From Alphaproteobacteria bacterium (GTDB lineage: Bacteria; Pseudomonadota; Alphaproteobacteria; CALKHQ01), in assembly GCA_965227515.1 (NCBI GenBank), contig CBDDFZ010000001.1, positions 1,408,001 through 1,472,000 on the forward strand: DNA of 64,000 nucleotides, in the 5' to 3' direction. Below, piece after piece: positions 60,379 to 64,000 of this stretch. The translations under genes were made by a program, and so were the position numbers. Position 1 is the first letter of the stretch. Each line of letters begins with the position of its first letter. Under the pieces are notes generated by a model. It saw only the letters and a program-made list of their open reading frames with translations. It was not told the origin of the DNA and did not search any database.

Positions 60379-60765
60379 ATGGCTAATCTTGAACAACTGG
60401 TGGAGGACCTCTCCTCCCTGACCGTGCTGGAAGCTGCCGAGCTGGCCAAGCTGCTGGAAGACAAGTGGGGCGTCAGCGCCGCCGCTGCGCCGGTGGCGAT
60501 GGCGGCGATGCCGGCTGCCGGTGGCGGCGAGGCCGCGGCTCCTGCCGAGGAGAAGGACGAGTTCGACGTGGTGATGACCGCGTTCGGCGACAAGAAGATC
60601 GAGGTCATCAAGACCGTGCGCGCCATCACCGGCCTGGGCCTGAAGGAGGCCAAGGACCTGGTGGAAGGCGTGCCGAGCCCGGTCAAGGAAGGCGCGTCCA
60701 AGGACGAGGCCAACGAGATCAAGGGCAAGCTGGAAGAAGCCGGCGCCACCGTGGAGCTCAAGTAG
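60379..60765 (+). CDS. rplL: 50S ribosomal protein L7/L12
   Basis: [28 protein letters not shown]. Confidence 0.98.
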   Translation: MANLEQLVEDLSSLTVLEAAELAKLLEDKWGVSAAAAPVAMAAMPAAGGGEAAAPAEEKDEFDVVMTAFGDKKIEVIKTVRAITGLGLKEAKDLVEGVPSPVKEGASKDEANEIKGKLEEAGATVELK

Positions 60766-61049
60766 TTCCAGCCGGATCTGTACTGTGGCCCTGGGCGTGC
60801 GGTGGCCGGTCGGCTGCCGCACGTCCAGTGTGCCTGAGAGGCGACTAAACTTTTAGGTGTAGTGAACATTTCTAATTCGCGCGCAGTCTCGATGATCTGC
60901 GGCTTGGCGCCGGTGAACGGCCGCCGGGCGCATGCCGAGACGATTGATGCGCGCACGTCTGACGGGTGCCGACGCATGGCGCCCGACCGGCCCGGAGGGC
61001 GCACGCCAAGGCGCGTGCCAATCCGGATGGAGAAGGAGTAGCGGTCGCA

Positions 61050-64000
<2,951 letters not shown>

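Overview
64 kb of a high-GC alphaproteobacterial chromosome (Rhodospirillales-like by inference from the trcR/DUF1192 neighbourhood, CtrA box and REP types). Left 46 kb is accessory metabolism: LCCL and RTX secreted proteins, a nickel superoxide dismutase locus (sodN-sodX) with a tiny HPGH membrane peptide gene, CapA/Rieske/DMT genes, acetoacetate-CoA ligase, trcR, a methyltransferase/PhyH/MocD-like oxygenase block, egtB-egtD, one Liv-type and two sugar ABC systems (one with a GH63 hydrolase). 45.9-51.9 kb is a decayed island next to tRNA-Glu (P-type ATPase, IS1380 remnant, low-GC EreA/TIKI-like orphan, deleted AraC). Then come a cNMP-adenylate cyclase fusion and the core rlmB-tRNAs-tuf-secE-nusG-rplKAJL-rpoB cluster. 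About 14 REP-like palindromes of six families are scattered through it. Best leads: (1) a candidate CtrA/CcrM-controlled C-loop small RNA at ~16.3 kb, (2) a promoter-structured leader-terminator unit (candidate riboswitch or sRNA) before egtBD, (3) the sodN-associated HPGH mini-protein, (4) the island orphan with an RRSP/EreA-like motif set. All calls come from motif recognition by eye; no searches were run.
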